From Rhabdothermincola salaria (lineage in GTDB: Bacteria > Actinomycetota > Acidimicrobiia > Acidimicrobiales > Acidimicrobilacustridaceae), in NCBI RefSeq assembly GCF_021246445.1, contig NZ_JAJQXW010000001.1, forward strand, positions 1,134,168 through 1,198,167: a DNA stretch of 64,000 nt, read 5' to 3'. Positions 50,120 to 64,000 of this stretch are shown piece after piece. The notes beneath the pieces are model-generated. The model searched no databases, was not told the DNA's origin, and was given only the letters and a program-made list of their open reading frames with translations. The translations under genes and the position numbers were made by a program. Position 1 is the first letter of the stretch; every line of letters starts with the position of its first letter.

Positions 50120-50629
50120 GTGCACCGATTTCGCGACCTCCTCGACGCCAACGCCGACCACGCCGCCCACTTCGCCGATGCCCACCTCGAGGCGCCGCCC
50201 CGGCTCGGGCTGGCCGTGCTCACCTGCATGGACGCCCGCATCGACGCCCACGAGGCGTTCGGCCTGCGTCCGGGCGATGCTCACCTGCTGCGCAACGCCG
50301 GGGCACGGACCACCGACGACATGATCCGCTCCTTGATCAAGTCCACCAACCAGCTCGGGGTGTCGCGGATCGCCGTGGTGCACCACACCGACTGCGGCGC
50401 CGCCAAGATCGAGCTCGGGCGTCTGCGGCGAGCCGTCACCGACGCCACCGGTCACGACCCCGACGACGTCGAGTTCCACCTCATCGCCGACGAGGACCAG
50501 GCGATCGTCGACGACGTCGACGCGCTCGTGGCCTGCCCCTGGCTACCGCCCGGCACCGTGGTGGGCGGTTTCATGTACGACGTTGTCACCGGCACCATCG
50601 ACCCCCGCCTCGTCCGCGAGGTCGAGTAG
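50120..50629 (+). CDS. Beta-class carbonic anhydrase
   Basis: CMDAR, RNAG, HHTDCG, YDVVTG. Confidence 0.93.
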   Translation: MHRFRDLLDANADHAAHFADAHLEAPPRLGLAVLTCMDARIDAHEAFGLRPGDAHLLRNAGARTTDDMIRSLIKSTNQLGVSRIAVVHHTDCGAAKIELGRLRRAVTDATGHDPDDVEFHLIADEDQAIVDDVDALVACPWLPPGTVVGGFMYDVVTGTIDPRLVREVE

Positions 50630-50799
50630 GCGTGACCATGGCGCCCTCCTCGCAAGCTCGTCGGGACGCGGTGTGGGCGGGTCGCTGGCGCTCCCCATCG
50701 CCCACCTGACCGGGAGCGTCAGCCGACTCGAAACAGCCGACGCCGCGCAGCAAGGAGGCTCAGACAGGTCCTGTGTTTCGGCGAAGCCGGCGGAGGGAG

Positions 50800-50853
50800 G
50801 CCTGCCGACCGGAGCAAGATGTCGCGGCTTGCCGACCGGAGCTGTATGTCACA
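50800..50853. repeat. Imperfect 27-bp tandem repeat downstream of ftsX
   Basis: gcctgccgaccggagcaagatgtcgcg / gcttgccgaccggagctgtatgtcaca. Confidence 0.75.
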
Positions 50854-50856
50854 GCC

Positions 50857-51750
50857 TCAGACGTCGAGGAAGCGGGTGACGGCGATGCCGGCGCCGATGG
50901 CGCCGATGAGGATGCCGGCCACCCCGAGCAACAAGAAGATGCTGATCAGCTCGGCCCCTCCGACGGTGAAACCGGCGATGAGCGGGAAGTCGTCGCTGTC
51001 GGGGAGCCAGCCGAGGAAAAACGGGCGCAGCACGGCGAGGAAGCCGATGGCCGCGATCGCTCCCAGGAAGCCCTGGATGAGGCCCTCCAACATGAAGGGC
51101 ACGCGGATGAACCAGTTGGTGGCCCCCACCAACTTCATGACCTCGATCTCGCGCCTCCGAGCGAACATGGCCATCCGGATGGTGTTCAAGATGAGCAGTC
51201 CCGAGGCGACGAACAGCACGGCCGCGACGACGAAGATGCCGGTGGTCAGCCGACTGGAGATGTCCTGGATGAATCGGATCGTCTCCGAGGCGAACACCAC
51301 GCTGTCGACGCCCGGCCGGTCGCCGAACTGCGATCCCAGCGCCTCCACCGCCTCGACGTCTTTGTCGACGGGCTCGACCCGGAACGACGACGGCAGGTCG
51401 TCGGGCGCCACGCTGTCGATCATCTCCTGGGAATCGGCGAACAGCGAGCGGAACTCGTCGTAGGCGCCGTCCTTGTCGACGTAGGCGACCGAGGCGATCT
51501 CGGGGCTCTCGTCGAGGGCGTCGGCCACGGAATCGACCTGGTCCTGGTTGGCGTCGACGCGCATGAACACGACGAACTCGATGCCGCCCTGCCAACGCTG
51601 GGTGGCGTTCTCCACTGCCCGGTTGAACATGAGAGCGGCACCGACCAGCAGCACCGAGATGAAGACGGTGAGCACCGACGCCAAGGTGATGGTGACGTTG
51701 CGGCCCAGGTTGGACCCGGTCTCGCGGACGACGTAGTCGAGCTTCGGCAT
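50857..51750 (-). CDS. ftsX: Cell division permease-like protein FtsX
   Basis: NTIRMAMFARRREIEVMKLVGATNWFIRVPF; downstream of ftsE. Confidence 0.96.
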   Translation of the reverse strand: MPKLDYVVRETGSNLGRNVTITLASVLTVFISVLLVGAALMFNRAVENATQRWQGGIEFVVFMRVDANQDQVDSVADALDESPEIASVAYVDKDGAYDEFRSLFADSQEMIDSVAPDDLPSSFRVEPVDKDVEAVEALGSQFGDRPGVDSVVFASETIRFIQDISSRLTTGIFVVAAVLFVASGLLILNTIRMAMFARRREIEVMKLVGATNWFIRVPFMLEGLIQGFLGAIAAIGFLAVLRPFFLGWLPDSDDFPLIAGFTVGGAELISIFLLLGVAGILIGAIGAGIAVTRFLDV

Positions 51751-51761
51751 GGCGGCGATCC

Positions 51762-52439
<678 letters not shown>

Positions 52440-52548
52440 GAGAGGTGGGGCACCGCGGCGCAGCAGAGGCCAGGGCCAGTGGCCGAGGGTAGACGCATCG
52501 ACCGCGCGAACCGCGGCACCTGCGACAGGTCCTGCGTCACCGGCGTGC

Positions 52549-53664
52549 TCACTCGGCGGCGGGGTCCGAGGCGCTGCGTTCCCAGCGCAGGTAGGCCTCC
52601 ATGAAGCCGTCGAGCGCACCGTCGAGCACGGCGTCGACGTTGCCCGTCTCGTGCTCGGAACGCAGGTCCTTGACCATCTGGTACGGCTGGAGCACGTACG
52701 AGCGGATCTGGCTGCCGAACCCCACCGACCGCTGCTCTCCCCGGATGGCCGAGAGCTCCGCTTCGCGCTCCTCGCGCTGGCGCTCCGCCAGCTTGGCCCG
52801 CAGCATCTGCATGGCCACGTCCTTGTTCTGGTGCTGGCTGCGCTCGTTCTGGCACGAGGTCACGACACCAGTGGGCAGGTGGGTGATGCGCACCGCCGAG
52901 TCGGTGACGTTGACGTGCTGTCCGCCCGCGCCCGATGAACGGTAGGTGTCGACGCGCAGGTCCTTTTCGTCGATCTCGATGTCGGGGACGTCGTCGAGGA
53001 AGGGCGTCACCTTCAGCGCGGCGAAGGCCGTCTGGCGCTTGCCCTGGGCGTTGAACGGCGAGATGCGCACCAGGCGGTGCACCCCGTGCTCACTGCGCAG
53101 GCGGCCGTAGGCGTGGCGGCCGCGGACCACGAACGACGCCGACGACAGCCCCGCCTCGGACCCGGCGGACGCCTCCGCCAGCTCGACCTCGAACCCGGAG
53201 CGCTCGGCCCAGCGCAGGTACATGCGCAGGAGCATCTCGGTCCAGTCCTGGGCATCGGCACCGCCCTCACCGGACTGCAGCTCGCAGAGGGCGTCGGAGT
53301 CGTCGTGCTCGCCCGTGAAGAGGGCCCGCAGCTCGAGCTCGCCGAAGTCGGTCCCGAGCGCCTCGAGGGCCTCGGCGATCTCGGCCTCGACCGAGTCATC
53401 CGCCTCCTCTCGGCCCAGCTCGAAGAGCGTCTCGCCGTCGGCGATGCCACCCTCGAGGCGCTCGTAGAGCTCGATGTCCTCGACGACCGAGGAGAGCTCT
53501 CCGGTCACCTTGCGGGCCTGGTCGGCGTCGTCCCAGAGGTCGGGCCGGCTGGCCTCGACCTCGAGTTGAGGGCGGGCCTCGCGCAGCTCGTCGATGCGCA
53601 GGTAGACGCGCGCCTCGTCGAGTCGGCGCCGGAGCGCGGCGAGGTCGTCGGAGTAGTCCTTCAT
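52549..53664 (-). CDS. prfB: Peptide chain release factor 2 (continuous ORF)
   Basis: SPF anticodon motif, [13 protein letters not shown]. Confidence 0.97.
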   Translation of the reverse strand: MKDYSDDLAALRRRLDEARVYLRIDELREARPQLEVEASRPDLWDDADQARKVTGELSSVVEDIELYERLEGGIADGETLFELGREEADDSVEAEIAEALEALGTDFGELELRALFTGEHDDSDALCELQSGEGGADAQDWTEMLLRMYLRWAERSGFEVELAEASAGSEAGLSSASFVVRGRHAYGRLRSEHGVHRLVRISPFNAQGKRQTAFAALKVTPFLDDVPDIEIDEKDLRVDTYRSSGAGGQHVNVTDSAVRITHLPTGVVTSCQNERSQHQNKDVAMQMLRAKLAERQREEREAELSAIRGEQRSVGFGSQIRSYVLQPYQMVKDLRSEHETGNVDAVLDGALDGFMEAYLRWERSASDPAAE

Positions 53665-53680
53665 GGTGGGGGGTCCTGCC

Positions 53681-56413
<2,733 letters not shown>

Positions 56414-56485
56414 GGGATCGCCGAGTGTACCGGCGACCCGGGTGGGAGGCGGGCGGCCTCTCCCCTGCCGGGCCCGGCGGCGGGG

Positions 56486-56917
56486 TCAGGCCTGCTGTGG
56501 CCGGTTGCGCCGAGCGTCGACCAGGCGCACCACCGCCGCCGCCACCTCGGTGACCGCCACGTCGAGGCTCAGGTGGACCACCCCCGGGACGGGCAGCGAC
56601 CCTGCCCCACCCGCACCGCCGTCGACGACGACGGCCGCGATCGGCGGGTGGGCCCGCCGGGCGGCGACCACGGCCGCTCCGGAGCCCTCCGGGGGCAGGT
56701 GCGCCGACACCACCACGGCATCGGGCGTCTCCTGGACCACCACCCCGACCAGCGCCTCGGCGTCGGCCACCTCGACGACGACCACCACCCGGGGGTGCGA
56801 CTCGAGGGCGAGCAGCAGCTGGCGGCGCAGCAGCGGCGCCTCCTCGGCGAGGACGACGCGTACGGTGTCGGGACCCCACCTCCGCGCCACCCCGGCGAAC
56901 CCGGGGGCGTCGCTCAC
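56486..56917 (-). CDS. Degenerate response-regulator receiver-like protein
   Basis: VRVVLAEEAPLLR..PDAVVVSAHLP: receiver-like but Ser at the phospho-Asp position, no output domain. Confidence 0.65.
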   Translation of the reverse strand: MSDAPGFAGVARRWGPDTVRVVLAEEAPLLRRQLLLALESHPRVVVVVEVADAEALVGVVVQETPDAVVVSAHLPPEGSGAAVVAARRAHPPIAAVVVDGGAGGAGSLPVPGVVHLSLDVAVTEVAAAVVRLVDARRNRPQQA

Positions 56918-57513
56918 GCCGCCACCCGACGCTCGGGGGTTCGGGCCAGCACCAGCCCGTGCACCTCCTGCGCGCCCGCCACCCTCAGCGTGGCTGCCGC
57001 CGCCGACAGCGTGGCGCCGGTCGTACAGACGTCGTCGACGACGACCACCTCGGTGGGGACTCGACGCCGGGCCACCACGAAGGTGGGGCCGGCCAGGCGG
57101 GACGCCCGCCCCTGCCCCGTCTGGTGCCCCGTGCCCGTGCGCGCCAGGAGCCCGACGACGGGACGTCCGAGGCGACGGCCCACCAGCTCGGCCAACACCC
57201 TGGCCTGGTCGAAGCCACGCTCACGCCGGCGGGCCCCCGTGGTGGGGGCCCAGGTGACGACCGCGTGCGGGCCCAGCCGGGGGGCCAGCGACGCCACCGC
57301 CGGCGCCAGCGTGCGCAGCGAGGAGCGGGCGTTGCGGTACTTCACCGCCACCACGAGAGGCCGAGCCGCGTCGTCGTAGGCGACCAGCGCGCCGAGCGAG
57401 TCGAGCCCGTGGGGCACCGGCGCCGCGGGCGCCGGGCGCAGCGCACGGGTGCACGAGGAGCACGGGGAGCGCCCCGGGAGACCGCAGCAGGCACAGGACT
57501 CCGGGAACCACAT
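56914..57513 (-). CDS. comF: ComF family amidophosphoribosyltransferase-like protein
   Basis: N-term CxxC pairs, RGFDQA, VVDDVCTTGAT. Confidence 0.9.
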   Translation of the reverse strand: MWFPESCACCGLPGRSPCSSCTRALRPAPAAPVPHGLDSLGALVAYDDAARPLVVAVKYRNARSSLRTLAPAVASLAPRLGPHAVVTWAPTTGARRRERGFDQARVLAELVGRRLGRPVVGLLARTGTGHQTGQGRASRLAGPTFVVARRRVPTEVVVVDDVCTTGATLSAAAATLRVAGAQEVHGLVLARTPERRVAA

Positions 57514-57566
57514 GTGCTGACCCTAGCGAGGGGCTGCGACGCCGGATCGTTCGACGAGGTGGGCGC

Positions 57567-58394
57567 TCAGTGCATCAGCAGCGGCGGTGCGGCCCGTTCG
57601 AGGATGGCCCGGGTGCGCTGCTCGACGGCACCGGGGGTCTCGTCGTGGGTGAGGATCCAGAACGTGTTGGTGCGCACCGCCTCCACCACGTGCTCGGCCA
57701 CGTCGGTGGCCTCCATGCCCGTGGTGAGGAAGTGCTCGACGATGGCCGCGATGCCGGCCTGCTCCTCGGCGGTGGGCGCCGAACCGTCGTCGGGACGGTT
57801 CCGGGTGGACGTGGCGATGTTGGTCTTGACCCAGGAGGGGCACAGCACCGACACGCCCACCGGCGACTCCGCCATGGCCAGCTCGACGGCCAGGGTCTCC
57901 GACAGCGACACGACGCCGTACTTGGAGACGTTGTAGGGGCCCATGAACGGCGCCGAGTAGAGCCCGGCCACCGAAGCGGTGTTCACGATGTGGCCCTCGC
58001 CCTGCTCGAGCAGGTGGGGCAGGAACGTGCGCACACCGTGGATGACGCCCCACAGGTTGACACCCAGCACCCAGTCCCAGTCGCTGAGCGTCAGGTCCTG
58101 CATGGGCCCACCGCCCCCGACGCCGGCGTTGTTGCAGACGACGTGGACGGCGCCGAACGCCTCGATGGCCCGGTCACGCAGGGCATCGACCTGGTCGGCC
58201 TCGGAGACATCGGTGACCACCGTGACGACCTCGGCGCCGGGTGCGAACGAGGCCGAGGCCTCGTCGAGGGCCGGGGCCTCGATGTCGGCCAGGACCAGCC
58301 GGGCGCCTTCCGCGGCGAAGCGGTGCGCCACCGCCAGGCCGATGCCGCTGGCCCCCCCGGTGACGATGACGACCTTGCCCTCGAGCTGATCCAT
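57567..58394 (-). CDS. SDR family oxidoreductase
   Basis: TGGASGIG, NNAG, YNVSK. Confidence 0.93.
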   Translation of the reverse strand: MDQLEGKVVIVTGGASGIGLAVAHRFAAEGARLVLADIEAPALDEASASFAPGAEVVTVVTDVSEADQVDALRDRAIEAFGAVHVVCNNAGVGGGGPMQDLTLSDWDWVLGVNLWGVIHGVRTFLPHLLEQGEGHIVNTASVAGLYSAPFMGPYNVSKYGVVSLSETLAVELAMAESPVGVSVLCPSWVKTNIATSTRNRPDDGSAPTAEEQAGIAAIVEHFLTTGMEATDVAEHVVEAVRTNTFWILTHDETPGAVEQRTRAILERAAPPLLMH

Positions 58395-58417
58395 GTGCCC
58401 CCCTTGTCTCGCGGTCG

Positions 58418-58431
58418 GTGTGTGTGTGTGT
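58418..58431. repeat. (GT)7 dinucleotide run
   Basis: gtgtgtgtgtgtgt upstream of the SDR start. Confidence 0.85.
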
Positions 58432-58438
58432 CGATGTC

Positions 58439-58469
58439 GGGCTCGGCCCGGCAGCGCCGAGCCGAGCCC
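58439..58469 (-). terminator. Hairpin after ahcY
   Basis: gggctcggc...gccgagccc stem with inner extension. Confidence 0.55.
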
Positions 58470-58476
58470 TCCCCGT

Positions 58477-59940
<1,464 letters not shown>

Positions 59941-60040
59941 CTGTGCTTCCTGGGTTGCGCGAACGGCACGACCGCCGAGGGCGGTACGGCCAAGGACGGG
60001 GGCTGGGGCCGTCTGACCCTCACTGCTCAGCCCGAGAGGG
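59941..60040 (-). promoter_or_regulatory. Structured 5' leader of ahcY, candidate cis-regulatory RNA
   Basis: TAGCAT -10 at 60051-60046; nested hairpin 60033-60000; hairpin 59985-59971; anti-RBS pairing. Confidence 0.5.
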
Positions 60041-60060
60041 TGGAGATGCTACCGGAGCTG

Positions 60061-61104
60061 CTACTCGACGGGCTCGGCCAGGCGCCGCTTGATGTCGTCG
60101 AGCACGGGGATGGGACCGGGATCGACGCCCTGCTCGACGGCCGCGTGCAGCGACGCCATGTCGCCGAACAGGCACAGGTCGAGCAGCTGGGCGAGCATCC
60201 CGTCGCCCTCGGCGGCGACGGTGTGCACCGCCCCCACGACCTCGTCGAGGTAGTCGACGACGAGGTCGAAGCGGCGCATCACCTGGGGGTGCTCGAAGTC
60301 GTGGCGCAACAGGACCAGCTGCATGATCTGACGGGTGACGTCGCCGTCCTGGCCCCACCCGGCGATCTCGTTGTGGGTGGCCTCGGGCAGCTGGTTGTAG
60401 AACGCCGGCACCTTGGCGTTCTCGTTGAACTGGTTCTTCCAACGCAGCGCGGCCAGACCACCGAGGCCGTTGCCGCCGTAGACCAGCGGGAAGGAGCGGC
60501 CCAGCCGGTGGGCCAGCACCTGGGCCTCGTTGCCCTCGTTGATCAGCGCGTCGCGACGGCGATGGAGCTGGGTGACGGCCGCGTCGACCCAGGATCGCCC
60601 GCCGGGGAACAGCCCGACGCGCTCGAGCAGGAGCAACGGCGGCACGGCCAGGGCACCGAGGGCCGCTCGCGGCATCGGGATCCCGTCGGCGACGGGGAGG
60701 TGGGGCACGCCCCAGTCGGCCGCCAGCTCGGAGAGGGCCCCACCGTTGGACACCGTGACCACCCGGGCACCGTCCATGGCCGCGTCGGCAACGGACTCGA
60801 GGGTCTCCTCGGTGTTGCCCGAGAACGACACCGCCACCACCAGCGTGGTCTCGTCGACGAAGTTGGGGACGCCGTAGCCCTTGTGCACCACGACCGGCAC
60901 GGCCATGAGCGGACCCGCCACCTCGCGGACCACGTCGCCGGCGATGCCGCTGCCCCCCATGCCGACGACCACGACGTGTTGGATGTCGTCGTGGGCCGGC
61001 AGGACGGCCGATGCCAGCACCTCGGTGGCGGCGTCGGCGGCGATGGCGACCTGTTCGGGGAACGCGGCGGTGGCGTCGAACATCCCCAGGGAGTCGAGGA
61101 TCAC
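60061..61104 (-). CDS. Bifunctional phosphoglucose/phosphomannose isomerase (SIS domain)
   Basis: GMGGSG, SFSGNTEET, PRAA, RWKNQFNENAK, PEATHNE. Confidence 0.93.
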   Translation of the reverse strand: MILDSLGMFDATAAFPEQVAIAADAATEVLASAVLPAHDDIQHVVVVGMGGSGIAGDVVREVAGPLMAVPVVVHKGYGVPNFVDETTLVVAVSFSGNTEETLESVADAAMDGARVVTVSNGGALSELAADWGVPHLPVADGIPMPRAALGALAVPPLLLLERVGLFPGGRSWVDAAVTQLHRRRDALINEGNEAQVLAHRLGRSFPLVYGGNGLGGLAALRWKNQFNENAKVPAFYNQLPEATHNEIAGWGQDGDVTRQIMQLVLLRHDFEHPQVMRRFDLVVDYLDEVVGAVHTVAAEGDGMLAQLLDLCLFGDMASLHAAVEQGVDPGPIPVLDDIKRRLAEPVE

Positions 61105-61343
61105 GGCGCCGCCTCGAAGGTGGGGCGGACGCCTTCGGCCTCGGCCTTGGCCAGGAGCCGCTCGTGCTCGGCGTCGTCGACCGAGCTGGCCTCGTCGATC
61201 AACATGATGGGGATGTCGTCGCGCACGTCGTAACGGCGCTTGAGGCGGGGGTTGTACAGCGACTGCTCGTCGGCGAAGTAGAGCAGCGGCCCCTTGTCCT
61301 CGGGGCAGGCGAGGATCTCGAGCAGTTGGGGATCGAGGGCCAT
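61101..61343 (-). CDS. Trm112 family protein
   Basis: LLEILACPEDKGPL..IPIMLIDEA. Confidence 0.92.
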   Translation of the reverse strand: MALDPQLLEILACPEDKGPLLYFADEQSLYNPRLKRRYDVRDDIPIMLIDEASSVDDAEHERLLAKAEAEGVRPTFEAAP

Positions 61344-61376
61344 GGGTGTCGTCCTTGGGCGGGTGGGGGCTCCGGC

Positions 61377-62777
61377 TCAGCCGGCGGCCTCGGCGATCAG
61401 GGTGCGGAGCTCGTCGACGTGGCGCCGGCAGGCCTCGGGCGTGGCGGCCTCGAGGTTGAGGCGGAGCAGCGGCTCGGTGTTGGACGGGCGCAGGTTGAAC
61501 CACCACGGGTCGTCCAGGTCCGTGCCCGGACCGGATGTCAGGTCGACCGTGAGGCCGTCGAGGCGATCCTGCTGGGCGCCGGCGAAGCGCTCGGCCACCA
61601 CTTCGATGACCGCCCGGGGATCGTCGACGACGGTGTTGATCTCACCGGAGTCGGCGTAGCGCTCGTAGGGCCGGCGCAGCTCCGACAGCGCCACTCCAGC
61701 CTTGGAGAGCACGCCGAGGACCACCACCGCGGCGATGATGCCGGAGTCGGCCCGGAAGTTGTCACGGAAGTAGTAGTGGCCGGAGTGCTCGCCCCCGAAG
61801 GCCGCACCGGTCTCGGCCATCACCTGCTTGATGAAGGAGTGCCCCACCCGGGTGCGCACCGGGGTGCCGCCGCGCTCGGTGATGATCTCGGGCACCGCCT
61901 TGGAGCAGATCAGGTTGTGCAGGATGGTGGACCCCGGATGGGCGTCGAGCATGGCGTCGGCGACGATGGCGGTGGTGAGCGACCCCGAGACCAGCTCGCC
62001 CCGGTCGTCGACGAGGAAGACCCGGTCGGCGTCGCCATCGAAGGCCAGGCCCACGTCGGCCCCGGTGGCCCGCACCCGGGCCTGGAGGTCGACCAGGTTC
62101 TCGGGCTGGATGGGGTCGGCCGGGTGGTTGGGGAAGGTGCCGTCGAGCTCGCCGTAGAGCATCTCGAGCTCGATGGGCAGCTTCTCGAACACGGCCGGCG
62201 CGGTGAGCCCGCCCATGCCGTTGGCGGCGTCGGCGACGACCTTCAGCGGGGCCAGGGCGTCGGGATCGACGAAGGAGTGCACGTGCTCGACGAACGCCGC
62301 CAGCGCGTCGTCGCGGCTCGACACGGAGCCGGGCGTGGCCACCGGTTCCAGCCCGCCGATGACATCGGCCTTGATCTGTTGGAGTCCGGTCTCCTCCCCC
62401 ACCGGCTTGGCTCCGGCGAGGGCCAGCTTCACGCCGTTGTACTGGGCGGGGTTGTGCGAGGCGGTGAGCATGGCAGCCGGCGCGTCGTAGTGACCGGCGG
62501 CCCAGAAGGCCAGGTCGGTGGACGCCAGACCGAGGTGGACCACGTCGACGCCCTGGGCCGTGGCCCCCCGGGCGAAGGCTTCGGCGAACTCCGGTCCCGA
62601 CGGCCGCATGTCGTGGGCGACCAGCACGTGGCCGGCGCCGGTGGTGTCGGCGGCGAAGCGGGCGAACGCGGCGCCGATGCGCTCGACGAGGTCGGCGTCG
62701 AGCTGATCGGGGACCGTGCCGCGGATGTCGTAGGCCTTGAAGATGCGGTCCAGCGCAGCGAGGTCGTGGGGGGCCAT
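61377..62777 (-). CDS. manB: Phosphomannomutase/phosphoglucomutase
   Basis: FKAYDIRG, TASHNP, FDGDADR, GGEHSGH, RPSNTEP. Confidence 0.95.
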   Translation of the reverse strand: MAPHDLAALDRIFKAYDIRGTVPDQLDADLVERIGAAFARFAADTTGAGHVLVAHDMRPSGPEFAEAFARGATAQGVDVVHLGLASTDLAFWAAGHYDAPAAMLTASHNPAQYNGVKLALAGAKPVGEETGLQQIKADVIGGLEPVATPGSVSSRDDALAAFVEHVHSFVDPDALAPLKVVADAANGMGGLTAPAVFEKLPIELEMLYGELDGTFPNHPADPIQPENLVDLQARVRATGADVGLAFDGDADRVFLVDDRGELVSGSLTTAIVADAMLDAHPGSTILHNLICSKAVPEIITERGGTPVRTRVGHSFIKQVMAETGAAFGGEHSGHYYFRDNFRADSGIIAAVVVLGVLSKAGVALSELRRPYERYADSGEINTVVDDPRAVIEVVAERFAGAQQDRLDGLTVDLTSGPGTDLDDPWWFNLRPSNTEPLLRLNLEAATPEACRRHVDELRTLIAEAAG

Positions 62778-62788
62778 GGGCCGGAACC

Positions 62789-63709
62789 CTACTTGAGGAC
62801 CGGCCCCACCCCGGCGGGGCCGGAACCGGCCAAGAGGTCGTCGGCAGTGAGGTCGTAGCGACCCTCCGTGGCCCATTGGCGCACGAGGAACAGGTCGCGC
62901 ACGAGGCGCAGCGCGTCGCGCACCACGTGCACCGACGAGCGGCTCGAGTTGGCCACCGCGACGGGGACCTCGGCGAGGGACAAGTGGTAGCGCTCGATGA
63001 GGTGGAACAGCTCCACGTCGAAGGCGAAACCGTCGACGCGGGAGCGCGAGAAGATGAGTCGGGCGGCGTCGGAGCGGAACGCCTTCAACCCGCACTGCGT
63101 GTCGCGGTACTGCCCCAGCAGCACGGCCCGGGTGAGCAGGTTGATGGCCCGCCCGCCGATCTCGCGCAGGCGACGGGCGCGCACCAAGGTGGTGGTGTCG
63201 GTGTGGCGCCGGCTCCCGACCACGACGTCCCAGCCCTCCTCGACGAGAGCCACCAGACCGGGGATCTGGTCGGGCGAGTAGGCCAGGTCGGCGTCGGTGA
63301 ACACGACCGTGCGACCGCTGGCCGCCAGCACACCGGTGCGCACGGCGGCGCCCTTGCCCTGGTTGACGTCGTGGCGGACCACCACGTCGGCGCCGGCCCG
63401 TTCGGCCGCGCCCGACGTGTCGTCGTTCGAGCCGTCGTCGACCACCACGACCTCGAGGCCGCCGTAGGCCGCCACCACGTCGAGGGCCCGACGGACCTCG
63501 GCCACCGAGGCCCCGATGCGGGACTCCTCGTCGAAGGCGGGGATGACCACGCTCAGGCGACGGCTGCCGGGCGCGACCGGGCGGTCGCGCCGCCGCTCGA
63601 GGTCGGCCCGCACCGGCGACAGGCCCTGCTGCCAACGCCGGAGGGCCACGACCGTCAACGCGCTGCTCGCGGCGGCCACCGCGACGCTTCGCACCGCGGT
63701 CGAGCTCAC
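62789..63709 (-). CDS. GT2 glycosyltransferase (polyprenol-phosphate sugar transferase-like)
   Basis: VIPAFDE, VDDGSND, NQGKG, DAD, DTQCGLK, FDVE. Confidence 0.92.
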   Translation of the reverse strand: MSSTAVRSVAVAAASSALTVVALRRWQQGLSPVRADLERRRDRPVAPGSRRLSVVIPAFDEESRIGASVAEVRRALDVVAAYGGLEVVVVDDGSNDDTSGAAERAGADVVVRHDVNQGKGAAVRTGVLAASGRTVVFTDADLAYSPDQIPGLVALVEEGWDVVVGSRRHTDTTTLVRARRLREIGGRAINLLTRAVLLGQYRDTQCGLKAFRSDAARLIFSRSRVDGFAFDVELFHLIERYHLSLAEVPVAVANSSRSSVHVVRDALRLVRDLFLVRQWATEGRYDLTADDLLAGSGPAGVGPVLK

Positions 63710-63999
63710 GGACGGCTCCCGCCGTCGGGATCGGCGGCATCAGGATCGGCTGCAGGGGCCTCGGAAGCAGGGACCTCGGAAGCAGGGACCGGGTCGACGA
63801 CGGGGGCCGTGCCGTGGGCCGGGGAGACGTCGTCCGTCGGGGGCCCATCGGGACCTGGTGCGGACCCGGGCCCGTCGGGCGCCGGTCCCTCGACCGGCTC
63901 GGCCACGCCCGGGACCTCGGCCAGGATCACCGAGGCGGGATCGAAGGCGCCGGCGGGCACGCCGGCGTCCGGCGCGGGTGCCCGCCCGGCTGGCGCCTC
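63706..63999 (-). CDS. 3' end of a gene truncated by the window edge; Pro/Ala/Asp-rich low-complexity tail
   Basis: Frame open to the window edge; stop overlaps GT2 start; 15-bp PASEV repeats. Confidence 0.6.
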   Translation of the reverse strand, partial: EAPAGRAPAPDAGVPAGAFDPASVILAEVPGVAEPVEGPAPDGPGSAPGPDGPPTDDVSPAHGTAPVVDPVPASEVPASEAPAADPDAADPDGGSRP

Positions 64000-64000
64000 C

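Noticed and set aside
3538..50856. Genomic island integrated at the ssrA 3' end
   Set aside because: No integrase or other mobility gene, no duplicated tmRNA 3' end seen, and codon style matches the core genes
52549..53664. Programmed +1 frameshift in prfB
   Set aside because: The ORF is continuous; absence of the frameshift is normal in Actinomycetota
63720..63800. 15-bp tandem repeats near the window end
   Set aside because: Encode a low-complexity protein tail (PASEV, DPDAA); not a separate element

Overview
High-GC actinobacterial chromosome segment, probably Acidimicrobiia-like (inferred from gene content and protein style). It is densely coding, and I see no integrase, transposase, CRISPR array or rRNA/tRNA. 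Left end: Mec-like JAMM peptidase, smpB, an orphan encapsulin-type ferritin, and tmRNA (ssrA) followed by a CCA microsatellite, then two c-di-GMP genes, one broken by an in-frame TAG. The middle (~7-50 kb) is an accessory mix: hydrolases, an MprF-like protein, a vWA protein, sulfatases, a lipid/steroid-type oxidative cluster, MarR/YceI, a helicase, an L,D-transpeptidase and thioredoxin. It also holds a translationally coupled PAS-diguanylate cyclase / CarH-type B12 photoreceptor (photocobilin-like) / unknown membrane protein operon. Right end is core genome: ftsX, ftsE, prfB, secA, comF, ahcY, PGI/PMI, Trm112, PMM and a GT2. Best leads: the split photocobilin-DGC light-sensing operon, a structured riboswitch-like ahcY leader, tandem CCA repeats at the tmRNA 3' end, CsoR/CstR-type operators on rhodanese and trxA, and a catalytically dead serine-hydrolase lipoprotein paired with an intact one. 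Start codons were chosen by eye, and products come from motif recognition, not database searches.
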